A DNA stretch of 64,000 nt from Fibrobacteria bacterium (GCA_020633825.1 JACKCV010000001.1:74610-138609); one strand, 5' to 3'; positions 28,939-37,872 are shown, numbered from the stretch's first letter. Translations and numbers: made by a program. The notes: generated by a model from the letters alone, not told the origin.

Positions 28939-29673
28939 ATGCCTGGCGCCAAACCCCGTCTGCGCCTGTTCGCGGGGCCGAACGGTTCGGGAAAGAGCAC
29001 GATCAAAGACGCCCTTCGCCCCGAGTGGCTGGGCGTCTACGTCAACCCGGACGATATCGAGAAAGCCCTTGTCAATTCAGGAAGACTGGATCTGGGACCT
29101 TACGGCATCGCTCCCTCAACCGAGGAGTGGACTCGGTTCGCGGAAGGATCCAGCTTCCTCGCCCAGCAGTCACTCGTGGGCGATGCGTCTTGCTGGACGA
29201 TTGCTGACGGCGCCGTGGAATCCAACGGCGGGGCCGTGAACTCCTACCTGGCTTCGGTCCTCTCCGATTTCCTACGCCGAAAGCTCCTCGCTGCGGGGAT
29301 CTCGTTCACCTTCGAATCCGTGATGTCGTCGCTCGACAAGATCGAGTTCCTGGCGGAGGCCCAGGCCGCCGGGTTTCGCACCTACCTCTACTACGTGGCG
29401 ACCTCCTCCCCCGAGATCAACGTGGAACGCGTGAAGCATCGCGTAGCCATGGGAGGGCATGACGTGCCCAAGAAGAAGATCACAGCGCGATACCACCGAT
29501 CCTTGGAGTTGCTGTTCGAGGCGGTCATCCACACCGACCGAGCCTACATCTTCGACAACTCCGGCAAGACGAAGACTTGGATCGCCGAGGTCAACGAGGG
29601 CCGAGAAGTGATCATGCAGACCGACTGTAACCCCTCGGTGATCCCCTCTCCAGGAATGGCTTTCGCGAATTGA
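28939..29673 (+). CDS. Zeta-toxin-like / COG4185-type P-loop ATPase-kinase, 3' end replaced by IS66 insertion
   Basis: ORF 28939..29673. Walker A FAGPNGSGKST (nt 28975-29001). RTYLYYVATSSPEINVERVKHRVAMGGHDVPKKKITARYHRSLE is typical of the zeta/COG4185 family. The last 15 codons (CNPSVIPSPGMAFAN) are read from the IS66 left end. Confidence 0.75.
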   Translation: MPGAKPRLRLFAGPNGSGKSTIKDALRPEWLGVYVNPDDIEKALVNSGRLDLGPYGIAPSTEEWTRFAEGSSFLAQQSLVGDASCWTIADGAVESNGGAVNSYLASVLSDFLRRKLLAAGISFTFESVMSSLDKIEFLAEAQAAGFRTYLYYVATSSPEINVERVKHRVAMGGHDVPKKKITARYHRSLELLFEAVIHTDRAYIFDNSGKTKTWIAEVNEGREVIMQTDCNPSVIPSPGMAFAN

Positions 29674-29885
29674 TCTCGGTTTTTCACGCCGCAACGGCAG
29701 GAGAACCTGTGAAGCCACGCCCTTCATCGCCCCCGCTCCGCTCCTCGGAGATCGATCGTCTGATCCGGCAGTTCCGGAGGCTTCGTTGCCGCTGGTCCAA
29801 GGATCGCACACATCTCCTTGGATCCCAACTTCCGGAGTTTGACGAGATCATCGTTCACTTGGATGAGGGGGGCGTCGAATGCTGA
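29670..29885 (+). CDS. Possible IS66 orf1 (TnpA-like), short and atypical
   Basis: ORF 29670..29885 (TTG start) sits in the position of IS66 orf1 and overlaps the tnpB start. I recognise no HTH motif. Confidence 0.3.
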   Translation: MISVFHAATAGEPVKPRPSSPPLRSSEIDRLIRQFRRLRCRWSKDRTHLLGSQLPEFDEIIVHLDEGGVEC

Positions 29886-30232
29886 TGCCCTCGTCTCTCC
29901 GGCTCTTCGTCAGTCGCCAACCAGCGGACATGCGTAAGTCGTTCGACGGCTTGTCCAATCTCTGTCGCGATCCCCTCCAGGAGGATCCCACCAGCGGTCG
30001 AGTCTTCGTGTTCTTCAATCGCCGCCGCGACCAGGTGAAGGCTTTGTGGTGGGACGAGACCGGATGGGCCATCTGGCACAAGCGCCTGGAACGCGGCACG
30101 TTTCGCCCTGGCGATCAGCATGGTCCGATCTCCTCCGTGGAGCTGTCGATGATCCTCGAAGGGATCGTCGCCAAGGGAATCCGGAAGCTGCCACGATTCC
30201 GTATCGAACGATGTTCCTCGGCCCCGGTGTGA
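29879..30232 (+). CDS. tnpB: IS66 family accessory protein TnpB (orf2)
   Basis: ORF 29879..30232. LRLFVSRQPADMRKSFDGLSNLCRDPLQEDPTSGRVFVFFNRRRDQVKALWWDETGWAIWHKRLERGTF is the canonical IS66 Orf2 pattern. Confidence 0.92.
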   Translation: MLMPSSLRLFVSRQPADMRKSFDGLSNLCRDPLQEDPTSGRVFVFFNRRRDQVKALWWDETGWAIWHKRLERGTFRPGDQHGPISSVELSMILEGIVAKGIRKLPRFRIERCSSAPV

Positions 30233-30280
30233 GGCCAGAAAAGACCAGCATTCATCGGCGTTCCGGGGTACATTGAGGAC

Positions 30281-31900
30281 GTGCCGAAAAGCGAGTCCAA
30301 ACCTGCGGTGGCGACGAAAAACGTCATCACCGATGCCGCCGAAGTCGAGTCGCTCCGGTCGCGCAACCAGCATCTCGAAGGAGAGCTTCGCCAAGTGCGC
30401 GAGCAGCTGGAATGGCTCAAACGCCAGATGTTCGGCAATCGAAGCGAGAAGCTTCCGCCGCAACTTCCGGGAACGACCTCGCCGGATTTGTTTGGCAACG
30501 ATGTGCCCGCTTCCGCTCCTTCGACCGTGACCGTTCCGGCCCACGAGCGCAAGGGTGCACCCAAGGCCGGTCATGGCCGCGAGGCCTTTCCTGAGGGGCT
30601 TCCCGTCGAAGAGATCCTCCTGGATGTTTCCGACGAGGAGAAGCTTTGCGGAGGGTGCGGAACTGAACTTGTGCGCATCGGCGAGGACGTGCGCGAAGAG
30701 CTGCACATCGTTTCACCCCGGTTCGTGGTGCGGCGCTATGTGCGTCCCAAATACGTCTGCCGCGTGTGCACCGAGCGCGGCGTGACCCAGGTCCCACCGG
30801 CCATCGCCGTGATCGACAAGGGCATCCCCAGTGTCGATCTCGTGACGTGGGTGCTTCTTGCGAAGTACCTCGATCACCTCCCCTTGCATCGCGTCGCATC
30901 CCAGTTCAAGCGCTGGGGGGTCGAGATCGCCGAGTCGACGATGATCGGATGGATCGCGGCTGTGTTCGATCTCCTGGGGCCCATCCAGAGGGCGATGGAG
31001 CACGAGCTGCGCACCTGTGGCTGCCTGCACGCCGACGAGACGACGTTGCGTGTGCAGCGAGGCGACAAGGACAAGAACGGACGCGGACGCACCAGCACGG
31101 GATACCTCTGGGCGGTGCTGGGGCGCAACCTGGACGGATCGCCCGTGGGCGTATCGTTCCACTATGCGCCAGGGCGCCATCATGCCGTGGCCAAGGAGCT
31201 CCTCGAGGGTGTGACGGGAGTCGTCCTCACCGACGGATACCCCGCCTACGAACGCCTGTTCGAGAATCGCCCCGACGTGGTGCACGCCGCCTGCTGGGCC
31301 CATGCGCGGCGCAAATTCATGGACGCACTGGAGACGGGATACCGCGAAGCCAACGAGCCGCTGAAGCTGATCGCGAAGCTCTACGAGGCGAACGGACGAA
31401 TCTGCGACCTGGTGGATCGGATGGCGAAACGAGAGGCTGGGCTTGACCGGAAACTGTCACAGGAGGCGAAGGATCTGCTGGTCGTACGCCTGCGATGCAA
31501 GCACATGGCGCCCGTGATCGACGCCATCGCGGCGTGGAACCGCGCGGCGAAGATCAACGCGCTTCCCAAGGGAAGTCTGGGCACGGCCATCGGGTACCTG
31601 GACAACCAGATGCCTCGGCTGCGTCTGTGCCTGGAACACGCGCGGGTGGATCTGGACAACAACATCATCGAACGCGCCATTCGGCCCATCGCCGTCGGGC
31701 GGAAGAATTGGATGTTTGCCGGATCTGACGAGGGGGCCAAGCGATCGGCTCTGGTGATATCCCTGGTGGGTACATGCAAGATGCTGGGAATCGACCCGGC
31801 CGAATACCTCGCCGACGTCCTGCTACGCGTGAAGATCCGCCACGAGGGAAACCTCTGCCATGATCTCACGCCCTACCAATGGGCCATCGCCAAGCGATAA
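30281..31900 (+). CDS. tnpC: IS66 family transposase TnpC (orf3)
   Basis: ORF 30281..31900 with a GTG start. N-terminal leucine zipper with LEWLKRQMFGNRSEKL, the CxxC...CxxC zinc-finger block CGGCGTEL...CRVC, a DDE core, and the C-terminal NNIIERAIRPIAVGRKNWMFAGS block. Confidence 0.93.
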   Translation: MPKSESKPAVATKNVITDAAEVESLRSRNQHLEGELRQVREQLEWLKRQMFGNRSEKLPPQLPGTTSPDLFGNDVPASAPSTVTVPAHERKGAPKAGHGREAFPEGLPVEEILLDVSDEEKLCGGCGTELVRIGEDVREELHIVSPRFVVRRYVRPKYVCRVCTERGVTQVPPAIAVIDKGIPSVDLVTWVLLAKYLDHLPLHRVASQFKRWGVEIAESTMIGWIAAVFDLLGPIQRAMEHELRTCGCLHADETTLRVQRGDKDKNGRGRTSTGYLWAVLGRNLDGSPVGVSFHYAPGRHHAVAKELLEGVTGVVLTDGYPAYERLFENRPDVVHAACWAHARRKFMDALETGYREANEPLKLIAKLYEANGRICDLVDRMAKREAGLDRKLSQEAKDLLVVRLRCKHMAPVIDAIAAWNRAAKINALPKGSLGTAIGYLDNQMPRLRLCLEHARVDLDNNIIERAIRPIAVGRKNWMFAGSDEGAKRSALVISLVGTCKMLGIDPAEYLADVLLRVKIRHEGNLCHDLTPYQWAIAKR

Positions 31901-31952
31901 TCCTCCGAATCAGGTGATTCCAGAGGGGATCACCGAGCGGATACGACCGACT

Positions 31953-32005
31953 GGATGCCCGCCTGGTTCAAAACCGCCCTCTGGGACAAGTTCGAAGAGC
32001 CTTGA
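31953..32005 (+). other. Displaced original 3' end of the zeta-like gene (17 codons + stop once the IS and one TSD copy are removed)
   Basis: Joining ...ATC ATG CAG ACC GAC T (29611-29626) to GG ATG CCC GCC TGG TTC AAA ACC GCC CTC TGG GAC AAG TTC GAA GAG CCT TGA restores an in-frame C-terminus ...IMQTDWMPAWFKTALWDKFEEP*. Confidence 0.8.
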
Positions 32006-32132
32006 CCCGGCCCCACGATCTCGGATCGCGATCCTATGCTTTCCTGACATCCCTCTCGAAACCGGTGCCTGCGAACGCTGCGCGGCACCGAGACTCCCCC
32101 GCGGCGCAGCACCGCGAGAAACACCCACCACC

Positions 32133-35100
32133 ATGACCGACAGGCTCCGTCCCGAACGTTTGACCCAAGACCGCGTGATCAGACTGTTCACCGAATCGAC
32201 GCAACCTGGCCATCTCGGTTATCGGTACTTGGGAGACTTGCACAACGACTCGAATCGCTGTGTCGACACGAAGCTCCTCAAGGAGAATCTCCTCGGTCGT
32301 GGGTACGACAACGCTCAGATTTCGGCAGCACTCCTGCGCCTCCAGTCGGCGATCGAAACGACAGGAGTCACGCCCTACCAGGCGAACATGCGTACCTACC
32401 AGTTGCTTCGGTACGGCATCCCCGTGCAGACCACCGTGGAGCGACCCCACGACACAGTCCATCTGATTGATTGGGACCATCCCGAGCGCAACGATTTCGC
32501 CTTGGCCGAGGAGGTCACCCTCAGGGGCAAGTACGACCGCCGCCCCGACATCGTACTCTACATCAATGGCCTGGCCGTGGTGGTCCTCGAATTGAAGAGG
32601 GCATCCGTGGATCTCGCCGACGGCATCCGTCAGCTTGTCACGAACCAGGAAGAGATCTTCCATCAGGAATTCTTCAGCACCGTCCAACTGGTGCTATCCG
32701 GCAGCGACTCCCAAGGACTGCGCTACGCAACGACGGGATCTCCGGAGCAGTTCTTCGTGGAATGGAAGGCCGAACCTGCGACCAGTTCGGAGCATCGTCC
32801 TCAAGGCGCCCTGCTGGATGCACCGCTCGCAGCGATGTGCAACAAGGCGACGCTCCTCGACTTGATCCGCAACTTCGTGATCTTCGATGCCGGACGGAAG
32901 AAGGTCCCGCGGCAGCACCAATACCAAGCGATCAAGGCGGGGCAGACACGAATCGCCAAGCGCGAGGGCGGTGTGATCTGGCACACCCAGGGAAGCGGCA
33001 AGAGCATCCTGATGGTGCTCCTCGCCAAATGGCTGGTCGAGCACGATCCCGATGCGCGCATCCTGATCGTGACCGACCGGGACGAGTTGGACAAGCAGAT
33101 CACGGGAGTGATGCGAAACACGGGAGTGGTTGGCGCGGAGTCCGGTTCTCCCCGCATCTCAAGCCGCTCCGAGTTCATGCAGAAGATCGGAGACAGCACG
33201 CCCCAGATCCTCTGTGCCCTTCTGCACAAGATCGACCCGTCCGATCTCGAGGGACCACCGCCGAGAATCCATGGCAGCTTCTACGTGTTCGTGGACGAAT
33301 GTCATCGCACCCAGGGTGGAGACATGAACCGGCAACTGAAACGCTGGTTCCAAGGGGCGATCTTCGTAGGATTCACGGGAACGCCGCTCCTACGTAAGGA
33401 TAAGACCACCACACGCGATGTCTTTGGCACCTACATCCACACCTACAAGTTCCACCAAGCGGTCGCCGACAAGGTGGTCCTGGACCTCAAGTACGAACCC
33501 CGCGATGTTCCGCAACGAACCACCTCTCCGACGATGATCGACCGATGGTTCGAGCAGAAGACCCGCAATCTGAACAACTTCCAGAAGGCGCTGGTACGCA
33601 AGCGGTGGGCGACCTTGGAAGAACTCATGAGTTCCGCGGAGCGGAAACAACGGATCATCGCGAGCATCATCGACGATTTCGGAATCAGAACCCGCTTGAA
33701 CAGCGACCGCGGAACCGCCTTGCTTGTCGCCGCATCGATCTACGACGCTTGCCACTACTTCCGCCTGTTCCAGAACACCTCCTTTGGCCGCCACTGTGGA
33801 ATCGTCACGTCATTCGAGCCGAATCACAACGACATCTCCCGCGAGCCATCAAACAGCGATGCGCGCTACAAGTTCGATACGTATACGAAACACGTTCTCC
33901 GGAAAGGCCAGACAACCGCCCAATACGAAGAACAAGTGAAGAAGCAGTTCATCGAGGAGCCCGCCCAGATGAAGCTCCTGATCGTTGTGAGCAAGCTTTT
34001 GACGGGATTTGACGCACCAAGCTGCACCTACATCTACCTGGACAACGAACTCCGCGACCACAACCTGTTCCAAGCCATCTGCCGCACCAACCGGCTTGAT
34101 GGACCCGACAAGGACTACGGTTACATCGTCGATTTCAAGAAGCTCTTCGAAATGGTCGAACAGGCCATCGCCGTCTACAGCTCCGACGAACTGGACATCG
34201 ACGACGAGAACGTTCCCGAAGAATGCAACGTCCACCTGAAGGATTGGGTCACAGAAGGCCGAATCAAGCTGGATGAGTCGCGCGAAGCCCTGCGCTATCT
34301 GTGCGAACCCGTACTCCTTCCCCAGGAGTTGGAACAGTACCTGCAGTACTTCTGTGGTGATGCAGCGGATCCATCGGCACTTGCGAATACCGAGCCTCTG
34401 CGAATCTCCTACTACAAGACCGTGTCAAACTTCGTGCGCGCCTTCGCCGATCTCCTGCAGAATCTATCCGAGGCAGGATACTCGGACGGCCAGATTGTCG
34501 ACCTCCAACGGGAAGTCGATTTTCATGTCGAGATCCGCTCCGCCATCAAGAAGCACTCCGGCGAAGAACTCGACATCAAGCCCTACGAAGCCGACATGCG
34601 CCATCTCATCAACACCTACGTTCTGGCCGATCCAGCACAGGCGTTGGGTGGACTGGAAGAGCTTCCCCTCACAGATCTGATCATCAAGACGGGGATCCAC
34701 GATGCCATCGCGAGGAAGCTGAACGCCAAGAACAAGCTGTCCCGCAAATCCGTCGCCGAAGCGATCATCAACAACATCCGCAAGACCATCATCCGCGACC
34801 AGCTCACCGATCCGCGATTCTACGACCGGATGTCCAAACTGCTGGAGGATCTGATCCGTCAAAGCCGCTTGGACACCGCAACCTACGAACAATTCCTTCG
34901 CGACGCCGAAGCGTTGGTCCGACAGCTCGCCGCCAAGGAGCAAGCTGCAGGGCTTCCGCCGCTCCTGCTGGGGAATCCCCAGGCAATCACGTTGTTCAAC
35001 AATCTGCCCGGCATCCTGGATCCATCTCGACTCGAGGCAGCTGAGCCGAGCCCGGAGGAGATCGAATGCTTCGCGAACCTCGCGCTGACCCTGGACCGGA

Positions 35101-35246
35101 CGGTGCGGGAGCATGCCTTGGCAGGGTGGCGAGGCGACTCTACGCGGGAATCCGCATTGCGCAACGAACTCTACAAGGTCCTCGACAAGAATCGTGAAGC
35201 GACCTTGTCGATCTTCGAAATCATCAAGAACCAGCCGGGTTATTGA
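32133..35246 (+). CDS. hsdR: Type I restriction enzyme, endonuclease/helicase subunit R
   Basis: ATG 32133 in ORF 31860..35246. Nuclease motif RPDIVLYINGLAVVVLELK, helicase motif I HTQGSGKS, motif II YVFVDECHRTQGG, motif VI QAICRTNR, plus the typical C-terminal helical domain. Confidence 0.93.
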   Translation: MTDRLRPERLTQDRVIRLFTESTQPGHLGYRYLGDLHNDSNRCVDTKLLKENLLGRGYDNAQISAALLRLQSAIETTGVTPYQANMRTYQLLRYGIPVQTTVERPHDTVHLIDWDHPERNDFALAEEVTLRGKYDRRPDIVLYINGLAVVVLELKRASVDLADGIRQLVTNQEEIFHQEFFSTVQLVLSGSDSQGLRYATTGSPEQFFVEWKAEPATSSEHRPQGALLDAPLAAMCNKATLLDLIRNFVIFDAGRKKVPRQHQYQAIKAGQTRIAKREGGVIWHTQGSGKSILMVLLAKWLVEHDPDARILIVTDRDELDKQITGVMRNTGVVGAESGSPRISSRSEFMQKIGDSTPQILCALLHKIDPSDLEGPPPRIHGSFYVFVDECHRTQGGDMNRQLKRWFQGAIFVGFTGTPLLRKDKTTTRDVFGTYIHTYKFHQAVADKVVLDLKYEPRDVPQRTTSPTMIDRWFEQKTRNLNNFQKALVRKRWATLEELMSSAERKQRIIASIIDDFGIRTRLNSDRGTALLVAASIYDACHYFRLFQNTSFGRHCGIVTSFEPNHNDISREPSNSDARYKFDTYTKHVLRKGQTTAQYEEQVKKQFIEEPAQMKLLIVVSKLLTGFDAPSCTYIYLDNELRDHNLFQAICRTNRLDGPDKDYGYIVDFKKLFEMVEQAIAVYSSDELDIDDENVPEECNVHLKDWVTEGRIKLDESREALRYLCEPVLLPQELEQYLQYFCGDAADPSALANTEPLRISYYKTVSNFVRAFADLLQNLSEAGYSDGQIVDLQREVDFHVEIRSAIKKHSGEELDIKPYEADMRHLINTYVLADPAQALGGLEELPLTDLIIKTGIHDAIARKLNAKNKLSRKSVAEAIINNIRKTIIRDQLTDPRFYDRMSKLLEDLIRQSRLDTATYEQFLRDAEALVRQLAAKEQAAGLPPLLLGNPQAITLFNNLPGILDPSRLEAAEPSPEEIECFANLALTLDRTVREHALAGWRGDSTRESALRNELYKVLDKNREATLSIFEIIKNQPGY

Positions 35247-35974
35247 TGCGCGAATCCTTCCGCTTGGGAAAGACCACCATCGCGGTCACTCGCAAGGACG
35301 TGAAGAACGTCCATCTTTCGGTGCATCCACCCGATGGCCGCGTGACACTTGTGGCCCCCCGCGTGACCCGCTTGGAAGTGGCTCGGGCCTTCGCGATCAC
35401 CAAGCTGCGATGGATCCATCAGCAACAGGAGAGTCTCCGTGGACAAGCGCGCGAGACCCCCAGGAGGTTCGTGGAACGCGAAACCCACTCCTTGTGGGGT
35501 CGCAATCATTTGCTCACGATCGTGGAAAAGGATGCCAAACCCACGGTGAAACTGGATCACCTGCGAATCACCCTGGTGGTCCGGCCAGGAAGCGATCTCC
35601 CGAAGCGGGAAGAGGTCCTGCACGGGTGGTATCGGGAGCAACTTCACGCAGTCGTTCCAGCGCTGATCCGCAAATGGGAGCGCAAGCTGGGCGTGATCGT
35701 GAACGGCTATTTCTTGCAGCGCATGAAGACCAAGTGGGGTAGTTGCAACCACCGTGCAGGCAACATCCGTCTCAATACAGAACTCGTGAAGAAGCCGCGA
35801 GACCTCCTGGAGTATGTCGTTGTCCACGAGATGATCCACCTGATCGAACCCACCCACAGCGAACGTTTCCTGTCCTTGCTGGACCAGCACTATCCCGCCT
35901 GGCGCGAAGCGCGATCGGAGCTGAATGCCTTGCCGTTGGGGACGATGCGAAATTTTCCGACCGGAAAATCGTAG
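35246..35974 (+). CDS. M48-family / DUF45 (YgjP-like) zinc metallopeptidase
   Basis: ATG 35246 shares one base with the hsdR TGA (TGATG). The TTG 35243 in the track is an alternative start. HEMIH zinc motif at nt 35825-35839, WGSCNHRAGNIRLNTELVKKP block. Confidence 0.85.
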   Translation: MRESFRLGKTTIAVTRKDVKNVHLSVHPPDGRVTLVAPRVTRLEVARAFAITKLRWIHQQQESLRGQARETPRRFVERETHSLWGRNHLLTIVEKDAKPTVKLDHLRITLVVRPGSDLPKREEVLHGWYREQLHAVVPALIRKWERKLGVIVNGYFLQRMKTKWGSCNHRAGNIRLNTELVKKPRDLLEYVVVHEMIHLIEPTHSERFLSLLDQHYPAWREARSELNALPLGTMRNFPTGKS

Positions 35975-36406
35975 GGTAGTACCACCTAGGCCAAACCCAC
36001 CAGTTCCTGCACCGCAGCCAGGGGGAGACTTCCCCCCCCCCAACTCCCCATCCGGCGGTAGATTCAGCTGGTATTACCCTGCGGCCCGGAGATTCATCAC
36101 GTCCCGCCACGCAGGGGGGGCGCGCTACTCGTGGCCGGTCTGGTCCGGTGCGTAGGATTGCTTCGCGCGGCATGCGCTCGACGACGCGTCGCGGCGTGCG
36201 GTGGTCCGGAATTGCCTGGCGTCGATGTGGAACGAGGGGCCGGGCTCGGAGTATTCCAAGCACGGGCAGTACCTCAACATGAGCAGAACGTCCTACACGA
36301 AGGTGGGATGGGGATTCCACCAGCGGGACGGGACGCTGTGGGTGAACATAGACTTCCGGTAGGGCCAGCCCGGCCCGAAGACCCCCTCCCCCACCTCCGG
36401 GACTCC

Positions 36407-37179
36407 ATGGACGCATCCCTACACTCTCCCAGATCGATTCGGCGCCTCATCCGTGGGGCAGGTGTCGTGTTGCTCGTCCTGCTGGCGACGATGATCGGCG
36501 CATGGATCGTCGGATCGGAATGGTTCTACCAGCGCACGATCGCACAACTCCATCCTCCCCGACCATCGGCGTCTCGAACGTACCCGGATCCTCTGCGACG
36601 GGCCGTGTGGGTCGGATTCCGCGAAACCGGCGAACTCAGGATGCGACCGAACGCCTTCGCCCTCCTGCCCGTCCAAATCCTCCTCGCAATGATCGGCGGG
36701 GACCCATGGCGACCGTTCCCCTCCGGTTGGCACCTCGCAAATACCCTCGAGAAAATCGGGCCCTCCGAACACCGGAACCTCATGGAGAGATTCTCGGCGA
36801 TGGTCTGGATCTCGCGGCATTGGACCGCACACCAAGCCCTCGACGGGATCCTGGACGGATGCTGGCTTGGTGTGCCCGGAACCTACGGCGCCGTCGCGAC
36901 CAGTCGGGCGTTGTTCGATCGAACGGTCGAGAGTCTGGATCTGCGTCAAGTCGCGCTCCTGGCGGCCCTCCTCGACCGGCCCTCCATGCTCTGCGGAAAG
37001 GACCGCAGATGGCTCGCCGACCGAGCCGGGAAGCTGGCGGTCCAGCTATCCCCCTCCGAGGCGAACGAGGACAGCCTCGCTTGGAGATCATGGGTGGACT
37101 CGTTGCCGCCCTGCGTCGAACGGCACGGAATACGTCCATTTCCGACAGCTTCCGTGCCGAGGCGCGGAGGGAGGCTTAG
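36407..37179 (+). CDS. Membrane-anchored transglycosylase-like (GT51/MtgA-like) protein; 3' end unresolved
   Basis: ATG 36407 in ORF 36131..37903. TM anchor GAGVVLLVLLATMIGAWIVG, and HWTAHQALDGILDGCWLGVPGTYGAVATSRALFDRTVESLDLRQVALLAALLDRPS resembles the GT51 motif region. The frame has no stop until 37903 and would run antisense through the next gene. The listed end, 37179, is the stop of a neighbouring frame and is only a guess. Confidence 0.4.
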
Positions 37180-37207
37180 CGCTCCGGGACGCCACTGCGT
37201 CCGGAGT

Positions 37208-37786
37208 TCAGGACAGGGAGGCCTCGTAGGCCGAGCGGATCCATTCCAGCAGCTGCGCGTCGGCGGTCGCGCCCTCGGCCAGACGCACCTGGAAGTGGCA
37301 GATCTGGCCCGCGGGAAGCTGCAGCAGGCGGTCACCGGCCACGAAGTGGCGCCCGTTCAGGCCCACCTCCAGGCGCGTGGCCGTGGCGGGCCCCAGGGTG
37401 GCGAATTGCTTGCGGGTTCGCAGCGAGACGTAGCCCTTCTTGGGCGCGCATTCGACGCCCGGCCAGGTTCCGATCTCGTCGGCCAGGGCCTCGAACACCG
37501 GCAGGAACTTCGCCTTCCCGCCCGTGAACCAGGTCCGCGCCTCGTCGCGCCAGGTGGCTCCCCGCGACGCGCGTTCGTCCTGTCGGCGGGCCTCGTCCAC
37601 GCAGGCTCCCAGGGTGTCGGCGTGGCCCGCGCCCAGTCCGAAGACCTCGGCGATGTGGAGGCGCCGCTGGGCGTAGGGAACATCCCCCCACGATTCGATG
37701 TCGGCGCGCAGGGTCGCGAACCCCTTTCCCGTGGTCGCCTCGATGGTGCGCAGCTGGGTCTGGATGCCCTTCTCGTTCAAGTCCAT
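37208..37786 (-). CDS. DUF4287/DUF5655-type protein (hypothetical)
   Basis: ATG 37786 is preceded by AAGGAG, in ORF 37208..38020 (MDLNEKGIQTQLRTIEATTGKGFATLRADIESWG...VFGLGAGHADTLGACV...KKGYVSLRTRKQFATLGP). Confidence 0.65.
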   Translation of the reverse strand: MDLNEKGIQTQLRTIEATTGKGFATLRADIESWGDVPYAQRRLHIAEVFGLGAGHADTLGACVDEARRQDERASRGATWRDEARTWFTGGKAKFLPVFEALADEIGTWPGVECAPKKGYVSLRTRKQFATLGPATATRLEVGLNGRHFVAGDRLLQLPAGQICHFQVRLAEGATADAQLLEWIRSAYEASLS

Positions 37787-37872
37787 GGTGGTCGCTCCTT
37801 TCCGGGAAAAGATGGGCCCGGGCCCGAACGGAGTCTTGTACGAATGGGAACGCGCTTGGGGGATTGGGGGCC

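Larger units (their letters stand above)
29627..31944 (+). mobile_element. IS66-family insertion sequence (2318 bp) with 23-bp terminal inverted repeats and 8-bp target-site duplication
   Basis: IRL is GTAACCCCTCGGTGATCCCCTCT (29627-29649). The reverse complement of IRR is GTATCCGCTCGGTGATCCCCTCT (31922-31944), matching at 21 of 23 positions. The direct repeat GACCGACT occurs at 29619-29626 and 31945-31952. The element contains IS66 tnpB and tnpC. Confidence 0.93.

Noticed and set aside
29670-29885. Treating the 71-aa ORF as a confident IS66 TnpA.
   Set aside because: It has the right position and overlaps tnpB, but it is short, has a TTG start and shows no recognisable HTH. It is kept only as a low-confidence feature.
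22110-36130. Integrase, recombinase or excisionase expected for a tRNA-linked island.
   Set aside because: I found no tyrosine- or serine-recombinase-like translation on either strand between the tRNA array and the transglycosylase-like gene. The only mobility genes are those of IS66.
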